Assembly (NCBI GenBank): GCA_048939765.1
Contig: JBHLPF010000009.1
Location: forward strand, 1,716 to 65,715
Direction: 5' to 3'
Length of the DNA: 64,000 bases
From: Promethearchaeota archaeon
GTDB taxonomy: Archaea > Asgardarchaeota > Thorarchaeia > Thorarchaeales > Thorarchaeaceae
Shown: one piece after another, positions 28,116-37,139 of the stretch
Numbering within the stretch: position 1 is the stretch's first letter
Layout of the letters: each line of letters opens with the position of its first letter
Position numbers and translations under genes: made by a program
The notes under the pieces: model-generated
What the model saw: the letters and a program-made list of their open reading frames with translations, nothing else
Told to the model about the DNA's origin: nothing
Databases searched by the model: none

Positions 28116-29057
28116 GTGAGTAGATTGGCTGACGAAAAACCAGAAACACCCGAGGAATCAGAAGAGTCAGAGGATGAATGGGCCAAGTGGCGACAAGCAG
28201 GAGTTGTAGCCCGCGAGGCTCTTGATATCGCTCGAACAATGGTAAAACCCGGGACCAAGGTCATCGCCATTGTAGAAGCTGTTGAGAACTACATTCGAGA
28301 GAAGGCTACTGGTATCTCTTTCCCGTGCAATGTTGCCATCAATAATATCGCTGCGCATTATACCTCTCCTTTGGATGATGAAACCATTATTGCCGAAGGC
28401 GACCTTGTGACTGTGGACTGCGGAGCCCACGTCGATGGATGCATATCCGATAGTGCGTTCACTATTGCTCTCAATCCAGAACACCAGAGCATCGTAAAAG
28501 CGTCTGAGGACGCCACCAAAGTGGCCATCCGAATGATGCGACCCGGAGCCAAACTGAATACCATTGGGGCATTGATCGAAGACACCATCAAAAGCGCTGG
28601 CTTTGAGCCCGTTAAACAGCTCTCAGGTCATCAATTGAATGAGTATGAACTGCATGGAGAGAAGCAGGTTCCATGCGTATCAGGCAAGTCAGAAGTGTTG
28701 GTGGAGGAAGGTGAGGTCTATGCCATTGAAACCTTTGCTAGCACAGGTTCTGGGAACGTCACAGATTTACCAGATCCCCTGATTTTTCAAATGTTACCCA
28801 TTCGAGTCCCTGTGAGATTCAAGGGGACAAAGCGGTTTCTAGGCATTGCTCGTAAAGAGTTCAAAGAATTCCCGTTTGCTAAAAGATGGATGGCGGAGAA
28901 GCTTCGAAAAGCAGACTTGGAACTTGGCATCAGAGAACTTCAGAAGAATGGTGCCTTGATTGCTCATCACATTCTAACGGAGGAAGAAGGCGAACTAGTA
29001 TCTCAAGCTGAGCACACCGTCATAGTGACCGAGAACGGCGTTGAAAGGACCACCTAG
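28116..29057 (+). CDS. map: Methionine aminopeptidase type II
   Basis: FPCNVAIN..AAHY, VDCGAHVDG.I.D.A, GH, AIETF, Q.EHT. Confidence 0.95.
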   Translation: MSRLADEKPETPEESEESEDEWAKWRQAGVVAREALDIARTMVKPGTKVIAIVEAVENYIREKATGISFPCNVAINNIAAHYTSPLDDETIIAEGDLVTVDCGAHVDGCISDSAFTIALNPEHQSIVKASEDATKVAIRMMRPGAKLNTIGALIEDTIKSAGFEPVKQLSGHQLNEYELHGEKQVPCVSGKSEVLVEEGEVYAIETFASTGSGNVTDLPDPLIFQMLPIRVPVRFKGTKRFLGIARKEFKEFPFAKRWMAEKLRKADLELGIRELQKNGALIAHHILTEEEGELVSQAEHTVIVTENGVERTT

Positions 29058-29244
29058 CACGGTATTCGACTGTTTTCTCCCATTCGGAGCGCATCAGAAT
29101 CCGACCAACCAAATTTCCATACAATTAAAAGTCCTTTTTTCCATCTGAAAGAAAGGTGGTCCCGGGAGACTGTCTTCTATTCCAGTGGTTTCGCTATGAC
29201 ATCTGACAGGCTCTTATCATCCTGATTGAGACGGAGGAGCAGCT

Positions 29245-30213
29245 TTGGATCGAGCGCGTGGCGATGCTCAAGAGAGGGTTAGTCAGAATAGAAGTGAACC
29301 TGAGACCCATACATGCCCAGAGTGTGGCTCGACCGGGGTAGTTGAGGACACCACTCGGGGCGAACGCGTCTGTGGAGGATGCGGGCTAGTTCTATCTGAC
29401 CATCGAATCGATACAGGTGCAGAGTGGAGGGCATTCAGTTCTGAAGAGGCTGATGCCCGAAGTAGGGTTGGTGCGCCTTTGAGGTACACTGTGCATGACA
29501 AAGGTCTCTCAACGGTTATTGATTGGAGGGATCGTGACACCTCAGGGCGCAAGCTGAGTCCCAGCCGCCGCTCTGAAATCTATCGCCTAAGGAAGTGGCA
29601 AATCAGGTCACGCGTTCATAGCTCAATGGATCGGAATCTGGCACAGGCCATGTCAGAACTGGAGCGACTTGCATCTCAACTAGGCATACCAAAACCAATT
29701 CGTGAACTTGCAGCCCTGCTGTACAGGAAGTCCATCATCAAGAAACTAGTGAGAGGACGATCTATTGAGGCTATGGTGGCTGCAACACTCTATGCAGCTT
29801 GCAGGATACGGCAGAAACCAAGACCGCTCGATGAGGTTGCTGACGCTTCACGTGTGGATAAGAAGAAACTCGGGCAGTGTTATCGCCTTCTTCTGCGCAG
29901 TCTTGCCATCAAGATTCCCCTAAGTAGTCCAATCGACTATATCTCACGCTTTGCATCTCAGTTGTCACTGTCAAGCCCCGTTCAGCTGAGGACCGTTGAA
30001 ATCCTTCAGCGAAGTAGAGACATCGGATTGACCATCGGACGTGATCCATTGGGTCTCGCTGCAGCTGCAATCTATGTGGCTTCAATCATGCTCGATGAAA
30101 GGAGAACGCAGAGAGAGATTGCAGAGGTTGCTAGGGTTACTGAGGTGACCGTCAGGAACAGGTACAAAGAGATCGTACGGAAGCTAGGAATCGACTCTAT
30201 GGCTCTAGGCTAG
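29245..30213 (+). CDS. tfb: Transcription initiation factor IIB (copy 1)
   Basis: CPECG..CGGCG Zn ribbon, EWRAF, RGRSIE, EVTVRNRYKE. Confidence 0.96.
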   Translation: MDRARGDAQERVSQNRSEPETHTCPECGSTGVVEDTTRGERVCGGCGLVLSDHRIDTGAEWRAFSSEEADARSRVGAPLRYTVHDKGLSTVIDWRDRDTSGRKLSPSRRSEIYRLRKWQIRSRVHSSMDRNLAQAMSELERLASQLGIPKPIRELAALLYRKSIIKKLVRGRSIEAMVAATLYAACRIRQKPRPLDEVADASRVDKKKLGQCYRLLLRSLAIKIPLSSPIDYISRFASQLSLSSPVQLRTVEILQRSRDIGLTIGRDPLGLAAAAIYVASIMLDERRTQREIAEVARVTEVTVRNRYKEIVRKLGIDSMALG

Positions 30214-30275
30214 TTCTCACTGGTATCAGTATTTCTGTGGCACACCCAAGTCTAGATCTGACCCGGGTTAGAGAA

Positions 30276-30617
30276 CTAACGCCGTCCTCCACCTGTAAAT
30301 GACCAGTCCACTTGAACCATCTCTTCCGGGAACCCTAGCTTTGCCAAAACATCAATGATAATTCCCCGATGGTCTCCCTGCAACTCAACATGGCCATGTT
30401 TTGCAGCTCCACCGCAGGCTAGCTTGCCTTTGAGCTTTGTAGCTAGGTCTCCAAGATCAATATTCTTGTCAAAACCTTCAATCACGGTCGTAAGACGACC
30501 CCATTTTCTTCGTTCAACAGTCACAGTAATGCGGGCTTCTTCTTGAGCTATGGTCTCACAGACACACAGGTCAACTGGCAATCCGCAATTTGGGCATATT
30601 CCACCTTCATCGCTCAC
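30276..30617 (-). CDS. sui1: Translation initiation factor SUI1/aIF1
   Basis: CPNCGLP..LC.CE, LK.KLACGG, ELQGDH. Confidence 0.94.
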   Translation of the reverse strand: MSDEGGICPNCGLPVDLCVCETIAQEEARITVTVERRKWGRLTTVIEGFDKNIDLGDLATKLKGKLACGGAAKHGHVELQGDHRGIIIDVLAKLGFPEEMVQVDWSFTGGGRR

Positions 30618-30757
30618 GCAGTCGTATACTCCTGAAAGTTAGTTTTACAAAGATGGCTCTTTTCACGCATATAAGTTCTCTGAAGGCGAACGTCGAACTG
30701 AGCGCGAATCGTTGAGATAGGCAAGAGTAAAGAGATGTCGGTATAACGACTAAACCC

Positions 30758-32347
30758 ATGCAGAGTGGAGTCCTAATTGTGGATGCGCTGAGCGCTGGGA
30801 CCGGACGCCGGGCAAGCTCACGAGACTCCATTGGCTGTGGTCCACGCTCAATCGCGGGAGTCTTGGAGAAGCATAACATACAATGCCGCATTGTGAGGGT
30901 AGAGAATCTGCTCTCAAAACCTGGACAAATGAAGAGGGTCCGTGACATAGCAATCAGTGCGATGACCATGGATTTGCCTGTAGTGAGAAAGTTAGCTAGA
31001 AAATGGAGAAGAAGCAATTCTCAGGGCAAGCTACTGGTTGGCGGACCACTGGCATCCGCACCTGACGTTGTCTTGAAGGCATTGAAACCCGATGTTATGG
31101 TATTGGGTGAGGGTGAGGCCACCTTGGATGAACTACTCACTCACGGATTCCTTGAAGAGGAAATAGACTGCTCAGATATCAACGGAATTGCATACCTCGA
31201 TGAGGGCTCTCCTAGAATCACACCTCCAAGGTCATTTCTTACTCCTGAAGAGATGTCATCAGTGTTTGTGCCCTCATCCGTACGGATTGTAGACTATCCC
31301 ACCTATCAGGCTGCACGTATCTATGTGGAAACCGTAAGAGGCTGTTCAAACTTCAGACGCACAACGATTGCACTTCCCAGCGGCCAAGAGTGCACTGAGT
31401 GTGGAAACTGTGATTCTGCGGACCCGGACGCAAGACTCCACTGTCCAGAAGACATCCCTCCTGGTTGCGGATTCTGTAGCGTCCCTGGAACTTGGGGTCC
31501 ACCAAGAAGCCGCACTGAAGACGCGATTGTGCATGAGGTTTCTGAGCTAATAGATTTAGGTGTACACAGAGTTGTTTTGGAGGCTCCCGACTTTCTAGAC
31601 TTTCATCGAGACAAAGAAGGTCTCACAGATCCGTGCAATCCACCAGCCAATAGCAATGCGATACGCGATTTGCTGATTCGACTCACCTCAATAACAGAAG
31701 TCGCAGAAGGAACTGTCCATCTGTCCATCGAGAACATGAAGGCCTGCTTGTTCACTGACGAGGTTGCAGGTGTCCTCTCGGAATCGATGCAAGGGATATC
31801 TCCCAATATAGGACTTGAAACCGGTTCTGATGACCATCTAAGAAGCATCGGGAAGTGCGGAAGCTCTGATGATGTTTTGAAGGCAGTGAGGATAGCAAAA
31901 GCATACGATATGGCCCCATTCGTGTATCTGATCTATGGTCTTCCTGGAGAAACGCCTGATACAGTTAGGAAGTCCATAGATCTAATGAGACAAGTTGCTG
32001 AAGCTGGCGCCGAACGAATCATCCTGTACGGCTTCAGAGCATTGCCGGGGTCTGCGTTTGAAGAATTTCCTGAACCCCATCCATCTGATGCCGTCAGCGC
32101 TCCGCTTCGGAAAGAAGCCGCTCGAATAAACCGGGCACGTAAGGACAAACATGTCGGCACCACAGTCCGTGGAGTAGTTGCTGAACCATCAATGACTCAC
32201 CATGGTTACTCAATGGTCTATCCACTGAGTGAAGGACCCCTCATGACGGTGAGAGGTGGCTATTCTCCCGGAGCAGTTCTTTATGTCAAAATCATTAGGG
32301 TTCTGAGCAGCGGCCTAGTTGAAGGTGAAGTGACCGAAGAAGACTAG
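30758..32347 (+). CDS. B12-binding-like radical SAM protein with C-terminal TRAM-like domain
   Basis: LVGGP, GEGE, ETVRGC...GCGFC, GLETGS, GLPGET. Confidence 0.85.
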   Translation: MQSGVLIVDALSAGTGRRASSRDSIGCGPRSIAGVLEKHNIQCRIVRVENLLSKPGQMKRVRDIAISAMTMDLPVVRKLARKWRRSNSQGKLLVGGPLASAPDVVLKALKPDVMVLGEGEATLDELLTHGFLEEEIDCSDINGIAYLDEGSPRITPPRSFLTPEEMSSVFVPSSVRIVDYPTYQAARIYVETVRGCSNFRRTTIALPSGQECTECGNCDSADPDARLHCPEDIPPGCGFCSVPGTWGPPRSRTEDAIVHEVSELIDLGVHRVVLEAPDFLDFHRDKEGLTDPCNPPANSNAIRDLLIRLTSITEVAEGTVHLSIENMKACLFTDEVAGVLSESMQGISPNIGLETGSDDHLRSIGKCGSSDDVLKAVRIAKAYDMAPFVYLIYGLPGETPDTVRKSIDLMRQVAEAGAERIILYGFRALPGSAFEEFPEPHPSDAVSAPLRKEAARINRARKDKHVGTTVRGVVAEPSMTHHGYSMVYPLSEGPLMTVRGGYSPGAVLYVKIIRVLSSGLVEGEVTEED

Positions 32348-32454
32348 AATGCACAATTTCTAAGGCCAGTCATAAGAAAAGCTTCATATGCAGAGAATTC
32401 CGGCGTGATGCTGAATGAACCACCGACTTGGTCAGGTTCCCGAGGCGATATTTG

Positions 32455-32598
32455 ATGGTCTACATTTGCCATAGCTGTCACAAAGAGGTCACTCCAGAAG
32501 GTTTGAAGACTCTTCCAGGCGTGAAATGCCCATACTGTGGAGGCCGGATTCTATACAAGATTCGCCCACCTGTTGTAAAGAGAGTAAAGGGTGTCTAA
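32455..32598 (+). CDS. rpo12: RNA polymerase subunit Rpo12/P (absent from the ORF track)
   Basis: Manual translation MVYICHSCHKEVTPEGLKTLPGVKCPYCGGRILYKIRPPVVKRVKGV. Confidence 0.93.
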   Translation: MVYICHSCHKEVTPEGLKTLPGVKCPYCGGRILYKIRPPVVKRVKGV

Positions 32599-32607
32599 TT
32601 CCTTTTT

Positions 32608-32628
32608 ACCCTGAATGTGATTCAGGGT
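32608..32628. terminator. Perfect 9-bp hairpin between convergent units
   Basis: ACCCTGAAT-GTG-ATTCAGGGT. Confidence 0.5.
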
Positions 32629-32720
32629 CTGTACAGAAGGTAGATCGCTGCAATTGCTGATGCCAAGAATAGGAGAATGAAGAATGCGCCTCCGATCTTG
32701 ATTCTTAATGAACGCCTCAT
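32622..32720 (-). CDS. 32-aa single-TM micro-protein (absent from the ORF track)
   Basis: MRRSLRIKIGGAFFILLFLASAIAAIYLLYRP; ATG overlaps the Get3 stop (TAATG). Confidence 0.6.
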   Translation of the reverse strand: MRRSLRIKIGGAFFILLFLASAIAAIYLLYRP

Positions 32721-33679
32721 TATTGCTCTTCTCCAATGAGAATCTTCCCTAGCTCTGTGAGCCCATCTAGACCTCGGATCTCTTTATCGAATAGAGGCAC
32801 CTCTGTTATATCAAGGTCCTTGTAGAGGTCCTTGATATCCACCATATTAGACTGTTGCATTTCTCTTCTTGTGCTGCAGAAGACACAGTCCGGATTGGGA
32901 GGTACAAGCTGGTTGACAATGATGTTGCTAGCGGGGATGTTCCAGCTGTGAAGACTCCCCAGCAGTCTTTGAGTCTCAAATACAGCCATAGCTTCTGGTA
33001 TCATCACAATTGCAAACTGAGTCATCTCAGGATCAGAGAGCTGTATTCTTGCCGCAAGGATTTTGTCCTTTGTGCGTTGTAGCATCTCCCATGAAGACTC
33101 GTCCTGAGCGCCGCCTCCGAACATTGCCCTCAGTCCTGACATCATAGAACTCAATCTCTGGCGCAGAGTGAGCATTCTTCCAAGCCAGCTATCCAGAAGA
33201 TCAGGCAGTTCTAGAAGTTTCAAGGTGTGTCCTGTCGGTGCTGTATCGAAGATCACTCTATCGTACGACGTGTCTTCAAGAAACTCCAGCATCTTTCCAA
33301 ACGCCATAGCTTCATCTGAACCAGGAGGTGACATGGCACCGATGTCTCCAACAAGCTGTGATGCCATTTCCAATTCTGGTCCAGCGCCACCTCCTCCTAT
33401 TGAATTCTGAAATTCCTGCATGCCCTTCGCGGTGTCGATTTCCATTCCCCAGAGATTCTTCACTCCCTTGATCTCAATAATCTCTCCACCTGAAAGGTCC
33501 TGATCGAAGCTATCACTCAAGCTATGAGCTGGGTCTGTTGACATCACTAGAGTTCGAAATCCATGCCTCGCTGAGAGAAGTGCCATTGCGCCTGCACAGC
33601 TAGTCTTACCGACACCACCCTTTCCACCTGATAGGATGAACTTGATGCTATCATTGTAGACGATACCCTTTATTGTCAT
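32720..33679 (-). CDS. get3: Get3/TRC40/ArsA family ATPase
   Basis: GGKGGVGKTS, STDPAHSLSD, FDTAPTGHT, C-terminal CVFC; ORF extends to 33766. Confidence 0.88.
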   Translation of the reverse strand: MTIKGIVYNDSIKFILSGGKGGVGKTSCAGAMALLSARHGFRTLVMSTDPAHSLSDSFDQDLSGGEIIEIKGVKNLWGMEIDTAKGMQEFQNSIGGGGAGPELEMASQLVGDIGAMSPPGSDEAMAFGKMLEFLEDTSYDRVIFDTAPTGHTLKLLELPDLLDSWLGRMLTLRQRLSSMMSGLRAMFGGGAQDESSWEMLQRTKDKILAARIQLSDPEMTQFAIVMIPEAMAVFETQRLLGSLHSWNIPASNIIVNQLVPPNPDCVFCSTRREMQQSNMVDIKDLYKDLDITEVPLFDKEIRGLDGLTELGKILIGEEQ

Positions 33680-33840
33680 TCTCTGACCTCTGGCGGCACA
33701 GGCTCGTGTCAGTCTATTAATGCTTCCATGCATCCAGAAACAGCATGCATAAGTATAAGCGCGCAATATCTAATGACGTAGGACAAGGAGTCTCACCACA
33801 TCTGAGCCCCCCGAAAAGTGCATACTCCGAGGATATCTCT

Positions 33841-34560
33841 ATGTCATCTTTCCCACAAGTAAGGACTTCAGTACTCGAATTTCCATCCACCATTATCCGA
33901 TTGATGGGAATATCTCCTCCTGAGGGAATGCCGCCACCAAATGCAGAGATACTGGCAAAGTTCAATCCCTCTGCAGTAGTCATGGTCATCATCGACAACT
34001 TCGGGCTATTTGAGGCAGTGGTCTACAAGCCGGAGGCCATGATAAAGAATCTAGAGGCGCTAGCATTGATTGAAACTGATGATCCCTATGCGATTCCTCT
34101 GATGACAGCTTTGCTTCGCCCCTTGGATGGCTTTCATATCATGAGGCATGCTCGTAACTATGGGAAGTCTGTAAAACTGATCTGCAGAGAAGAGGACACA
34201 GATGCCCTCGGTTTTGATTCAGGTATCACGGTGCACAAGCGTGACGATATGGCGACATATATTGAGGCGACAAAGCACATATTCAAGACAGAAGTGCTCT
34301 ATCTCCACTTTCTCGACTTCGAGAGCCTCTACGCTCAGTATGGTCACAGAACTCCACCCAAGACACTTCTTGAGAAGATTGTACGAAGAACTGACAACTG
34401 GGTGAAGGTGTTGCTAAAACAGGCAAGGGTGGGTACACTATTCATAGTGATAGGAAATCATGGTAGGCATCCAATACCCTTGGACTATGAAGGCAAGCTA
34501 GCAGAGTGGCGGAAGGCCAATGCACCCATTGCAATGATGTTCCAGAAGCGGTCTGAGTAG
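33841..34560 (+). CDS. Degenerate alkaline phosphatase-superfamily protein
   Basis: VIIDNFG, LHFLDFE, IVIGNHG echo DG.G / D..GH / ADHG motifs. Confidence 0.55.
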   Translation: MSSFPQVRTSVLEFPSTIIRLMGISPPEGMPPPNAEILAKFNPSAVVMVIIDNFGLFEAVVYKPEAMIKNLEALALIETDDPYAIPLMTALLRPLDGFHIMRHARNYGKSVKLICREEDTDALGFDSGITVHKRDDMATYIEATKHIFKTEVLYLHFLDFESLYAQYGHRTPPKTLLEKIVRRTDNWVKVLLKQARVGTLFIVIGNHGRHPIPLDYEGKLAEWRKANAPIAMMFQKRSE

Positions 34561-35352
34561 TCATAGCAAAGCTGGAATCCCGAAGACAATTGCCAGTAGA
34601 GCTAGTATTAGGCATAACTTCCAAAAACTGACGTGTCGTGCCAATCTCAACAAGGTTTCCATTGATAGGAAACCGGTGATGAAGACAATGGCCTCCATGA
34701 AAACCAAATCTGCAAATCCGATTGAAGGAGGAATTGTATTTCCCGTGATTCCCTCAATGATGAGAATGCCAATCACAGCTGGCACACTCATTAGGAAGCT
34801 GAATCTCAGTGCAGATTCCCTGTCAACTTTTTGCATCAATAGAGCGGAAATAGTCACACCAGATCTACTGAGTCCCGGAAGTACAGAAAAGCCTTGAACC
34901 AGACCTGTCACTGTAGCCTCACGGTCTCCGGGTTCTTCAGTCTGAGGAGCTGGATCTGCAGCCTCTCGTGTGGGTAAGTATAGAGCAATAGCAGTCACCA
35001 GCAGCAAGCCTCCTACTAGTATGTTCATGATTTCTCCATGAATGATTGACAGACTCTGTTTGAGGAATAGATAGAGCGGGATAGCAGTAACAGTAGTGCT
35101 GATCGTAGCAATCAGTAGCAGTCTGAAGAGCATGCGGTCCTTTAGAGTCAAAATCTCGAAGACTACCCTGGGATAGCGTACCAAGACAGCAAGTGTTGTA
35201 CCGAGGTGCAGCCAAGCGACCAAGCTCACTATCTCGCCATGTGGAACAGATCCAATGTTGTACAAGAATAGCACAACTTGGCCCTCGCTGCTAATGGGCA
35301 ACCACTCAACCAAACCCTGGATTAGTGCTACAATGACCTGCCACATTTCCAT
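34561..35352 (-). CDS. uppP: Undecaprenyl-diphosphate phosphatase BacA/UppP
   Basis: QGLVEWLPISSEG, PGLSRSG.T, FSFLMS.PA. Confidence 0.92.
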   Translation of the reverse strand: MEMWQVIVALIQGLVEWLPISSEGQVVLFLYNIGSVPHGEIVSLVAWLHLGTTLAVLVRYPRVVFEILTLKDRMLFRLLLIATISTTVTAIPLYLFLKQSLSIIHGEIMNILVGGLLLVTAIALYLPTREAADPAPQTEEPGDREATVTGLVQGFSVLPGLSRSGVTISALLMQKVDRESALRFSFLMSVPAVIGILIIEGITGNTIPPSIGFADLVFMEAIVFITGFLSMETLLRLARHVSFWKLCLILALLAIVFGIPALL

Positions 35353-35442
35353 AAGATTGTCCGCTCTTGTCGGGCTTTGTACTAAACAATTAAAAGGCTA
35401 ACTCAAAGCCGAAAGCACACCTCAATAGCAGGATGCGAGATA

Positions 35443-36105
35443 ATGGTCTTGGACAATGGCAGATTCATGAGTTCTGAACTTGCACGACTCACTCAAATGT
35501 TCGAAGAGCACTTTCGATTGGCTTTGTCAGCAATTAAGATTGTCAGGAGTGCCATGATTGATTGGCTCGAGGAGAGTAAAGCCGTTGACCCGGAGGATTT
35601 GAAGAAGATTACTGAACTTGAGGAAAAGGGGGATGCCCTCAAGCGTGGCATCCTTGACGAGCTATCAAAAGCCAACTCTTTGATGCAGAGAGAAGACCTG
35701 CTACGTTTGGTTCATTACAATGACAAGCTAATTGATGGCGCTGAAATCGCCTGCTACCATCTTGCCGACGTCATCAACTCATGGACACCAGAAGGTGAAT
35801 TGAAGGAGAGCATTGCCGAGCTTGGAAGACTCGTCACGGAGGAGATTACGCAGCAGAGAGAGGCTGTCAGATTTCTCTCGATAAACATCGAGAACTCCAT
35901 AGAAAAAGCCAATGAGATCTGCAGACTCGAGAAGGAGATCGACATCGTGCAGAGAAAGATTGTGGCCCTAGTATATCCACTGAAGATAGAGTTGGCGATT
36001 CTCCTTAGATTTCGAGACTTCATCAATACCATGGAAGAGATTGCAAACTTAAGTGAAGATGCAGCTATTACAATCCGAGGTCTTTCACTGACACTAAACA
36101 CATGA
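35443..36105 (+). CDS. DUF47/PhoU-like phosphate transport regulator
   Basis: LEE.GD...R, REDL..L....D, LEKE.D, E.IAN..ED. Confidence 0.88.
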   Translation: MVLDNGRFMSSELARLTQMFEEHFRLALSAIKIVRSAMIDWLEESKAVDPEDLKKITELEEKGDALKRGILDELSKANSLMQREDLLRLVHYNDKLIDGAEIACYHLADVINSWTPEGELKESIAELGRLVTEEITQQREAVRFLSINIENSIEKANEICRLEKEIDIVQRKIVALVYPLKIELAILLRFRDFINTMEEIANLSEDAAITIRGLSLTLNT

Positions 36106-36111
36106 GAGCCG

Positions 36112-36684
36112 GTGCAACTATTGTCTGAGTCTGTTGAGATTGCTTCTGCTGAGTTGATAGGAGACAGAGCAATCGTCTGGAATCCGGACCATGGTATGGC
36201 TCTCTATTCTGAGGGGTATTTTGGCCAGCCTGTTGGCATAAGAAAACCAAAGTCCCCAGTCTTCGATAAGCCACTTGAACTCTCTCTAATTGAGTGTGCT
36301 TATCTCACCGATACAGGGCGCATTCAGGTCACCAGAACTCCAGGTAACCACGTGCTGACTCTGGATGAGATTCTTTCCTTGGGAGAGAAAATATCCTCTG
36401 ATTTTCGCGACAAGTATCTTGTGTATTCACAGGTTCGTCAGCTCGGTTACATTATTCGACCAGGGCTCAAGTTTGGAACAGACTTTGCAGTCTATGAGCA
36501 GGGGCCTGGAAAGGATCATGCACCATTTCTGATCCATGTGATTCCACAGAGAAAGGGAGTAGTTCCGCTAGATATCGTCAGAGCAGGACGGCTCGCATCA
36601 AGTGTTAGAAAGAAATTCATAATTGCCACAGTGAAGGAGAGCGGAGAGATTGCCTACTATAGCTTTGTCTGGCACCGCCCTTGA
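36112..36684 (+). CDS. endA: tRNA-splicing endonuclease (single-unit, catalytic)
   Basis: LSLIE..YL, GLKFG.DF.VY, H, RLA.SVRK (Tyr/His/Lys triad). Confidence 0.93.
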   Translation: MQLLSESVEIASAELIGDRAIVWNPDHGMALYSEGYFGQPVGIRKPKSPVFDKPLELSLIECAYLTDTGRIQVTRTPGNHVLTLDEILSLGEKISSDFRDKYLVYSQVRQLGYIIRPGLKFGTDFAVYEQGPGKDHAPFLIHVIPQRKGVVPLDIVRAGRLASSVRKKFIIATVKESGEIAYYSFVWHRP

Positions 36685-36762
36685 CAGATAAATGAGGAAA
36701 ACAAATAAGTGCCAAAAATAAACCGTTTGTCAACTCATCCAGTCCATGATGGTGATTTCTGA

Positions 36763-37080
36763 ATGGCAGATAAAGCTGAGAATGCAAAGACCTTCGGTGC
36801 ATTGCTTGCAAAGGCATGGGAACATACTCCCTCCTTCATCTGTAGCAATGAAGACTACATCTACATCATGTTTCCAGCTGATGAAACACAAGACAAGTGG
36901 GTTGAGGCTTCACTGACATTTCCTGATGGCTCTCTTGACACTCAGGAACATTCACCTAAGAAAGCACTAGCCCTTATTGTCGAGGAACTGAAAGTCTTAC
37001 CACAGTATGGTGCTGACACCATTGTTTCAACCAAAGGCAAGCTGGACGAAGCCGCCGCTCGCCTTGGAGAACTAGCATAG
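36763..37080 (+). CDS. Hypothetical protein
   Basis: 105-aa ORF, co-oriented, with a GGTGA Shine-Dalgarno-like element upstream. Confidence 0.65.
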   Translation: MADKAENAKTFGALLAKAWEHTPSFICSNEDYIYIMFPADETQDKWVEASLTFPDGSLDTQEHSPKKALALIVEELKVLPQYGADTIVSTKGKLDEAAARLGELA

Positions 37081-37139
37081 ATCGTTTTAGGGTCGAACAC
37101 AGAATACCAATTCACCTCTGCATAGGTCGGAGCAGGACG

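Noticed and set aside
32551-32736. 61-aa minus-strand ORF in the track
   Set aside because: Overlaps rpo12 antisense; the alternative-frame 32-aa TM ORF fits better
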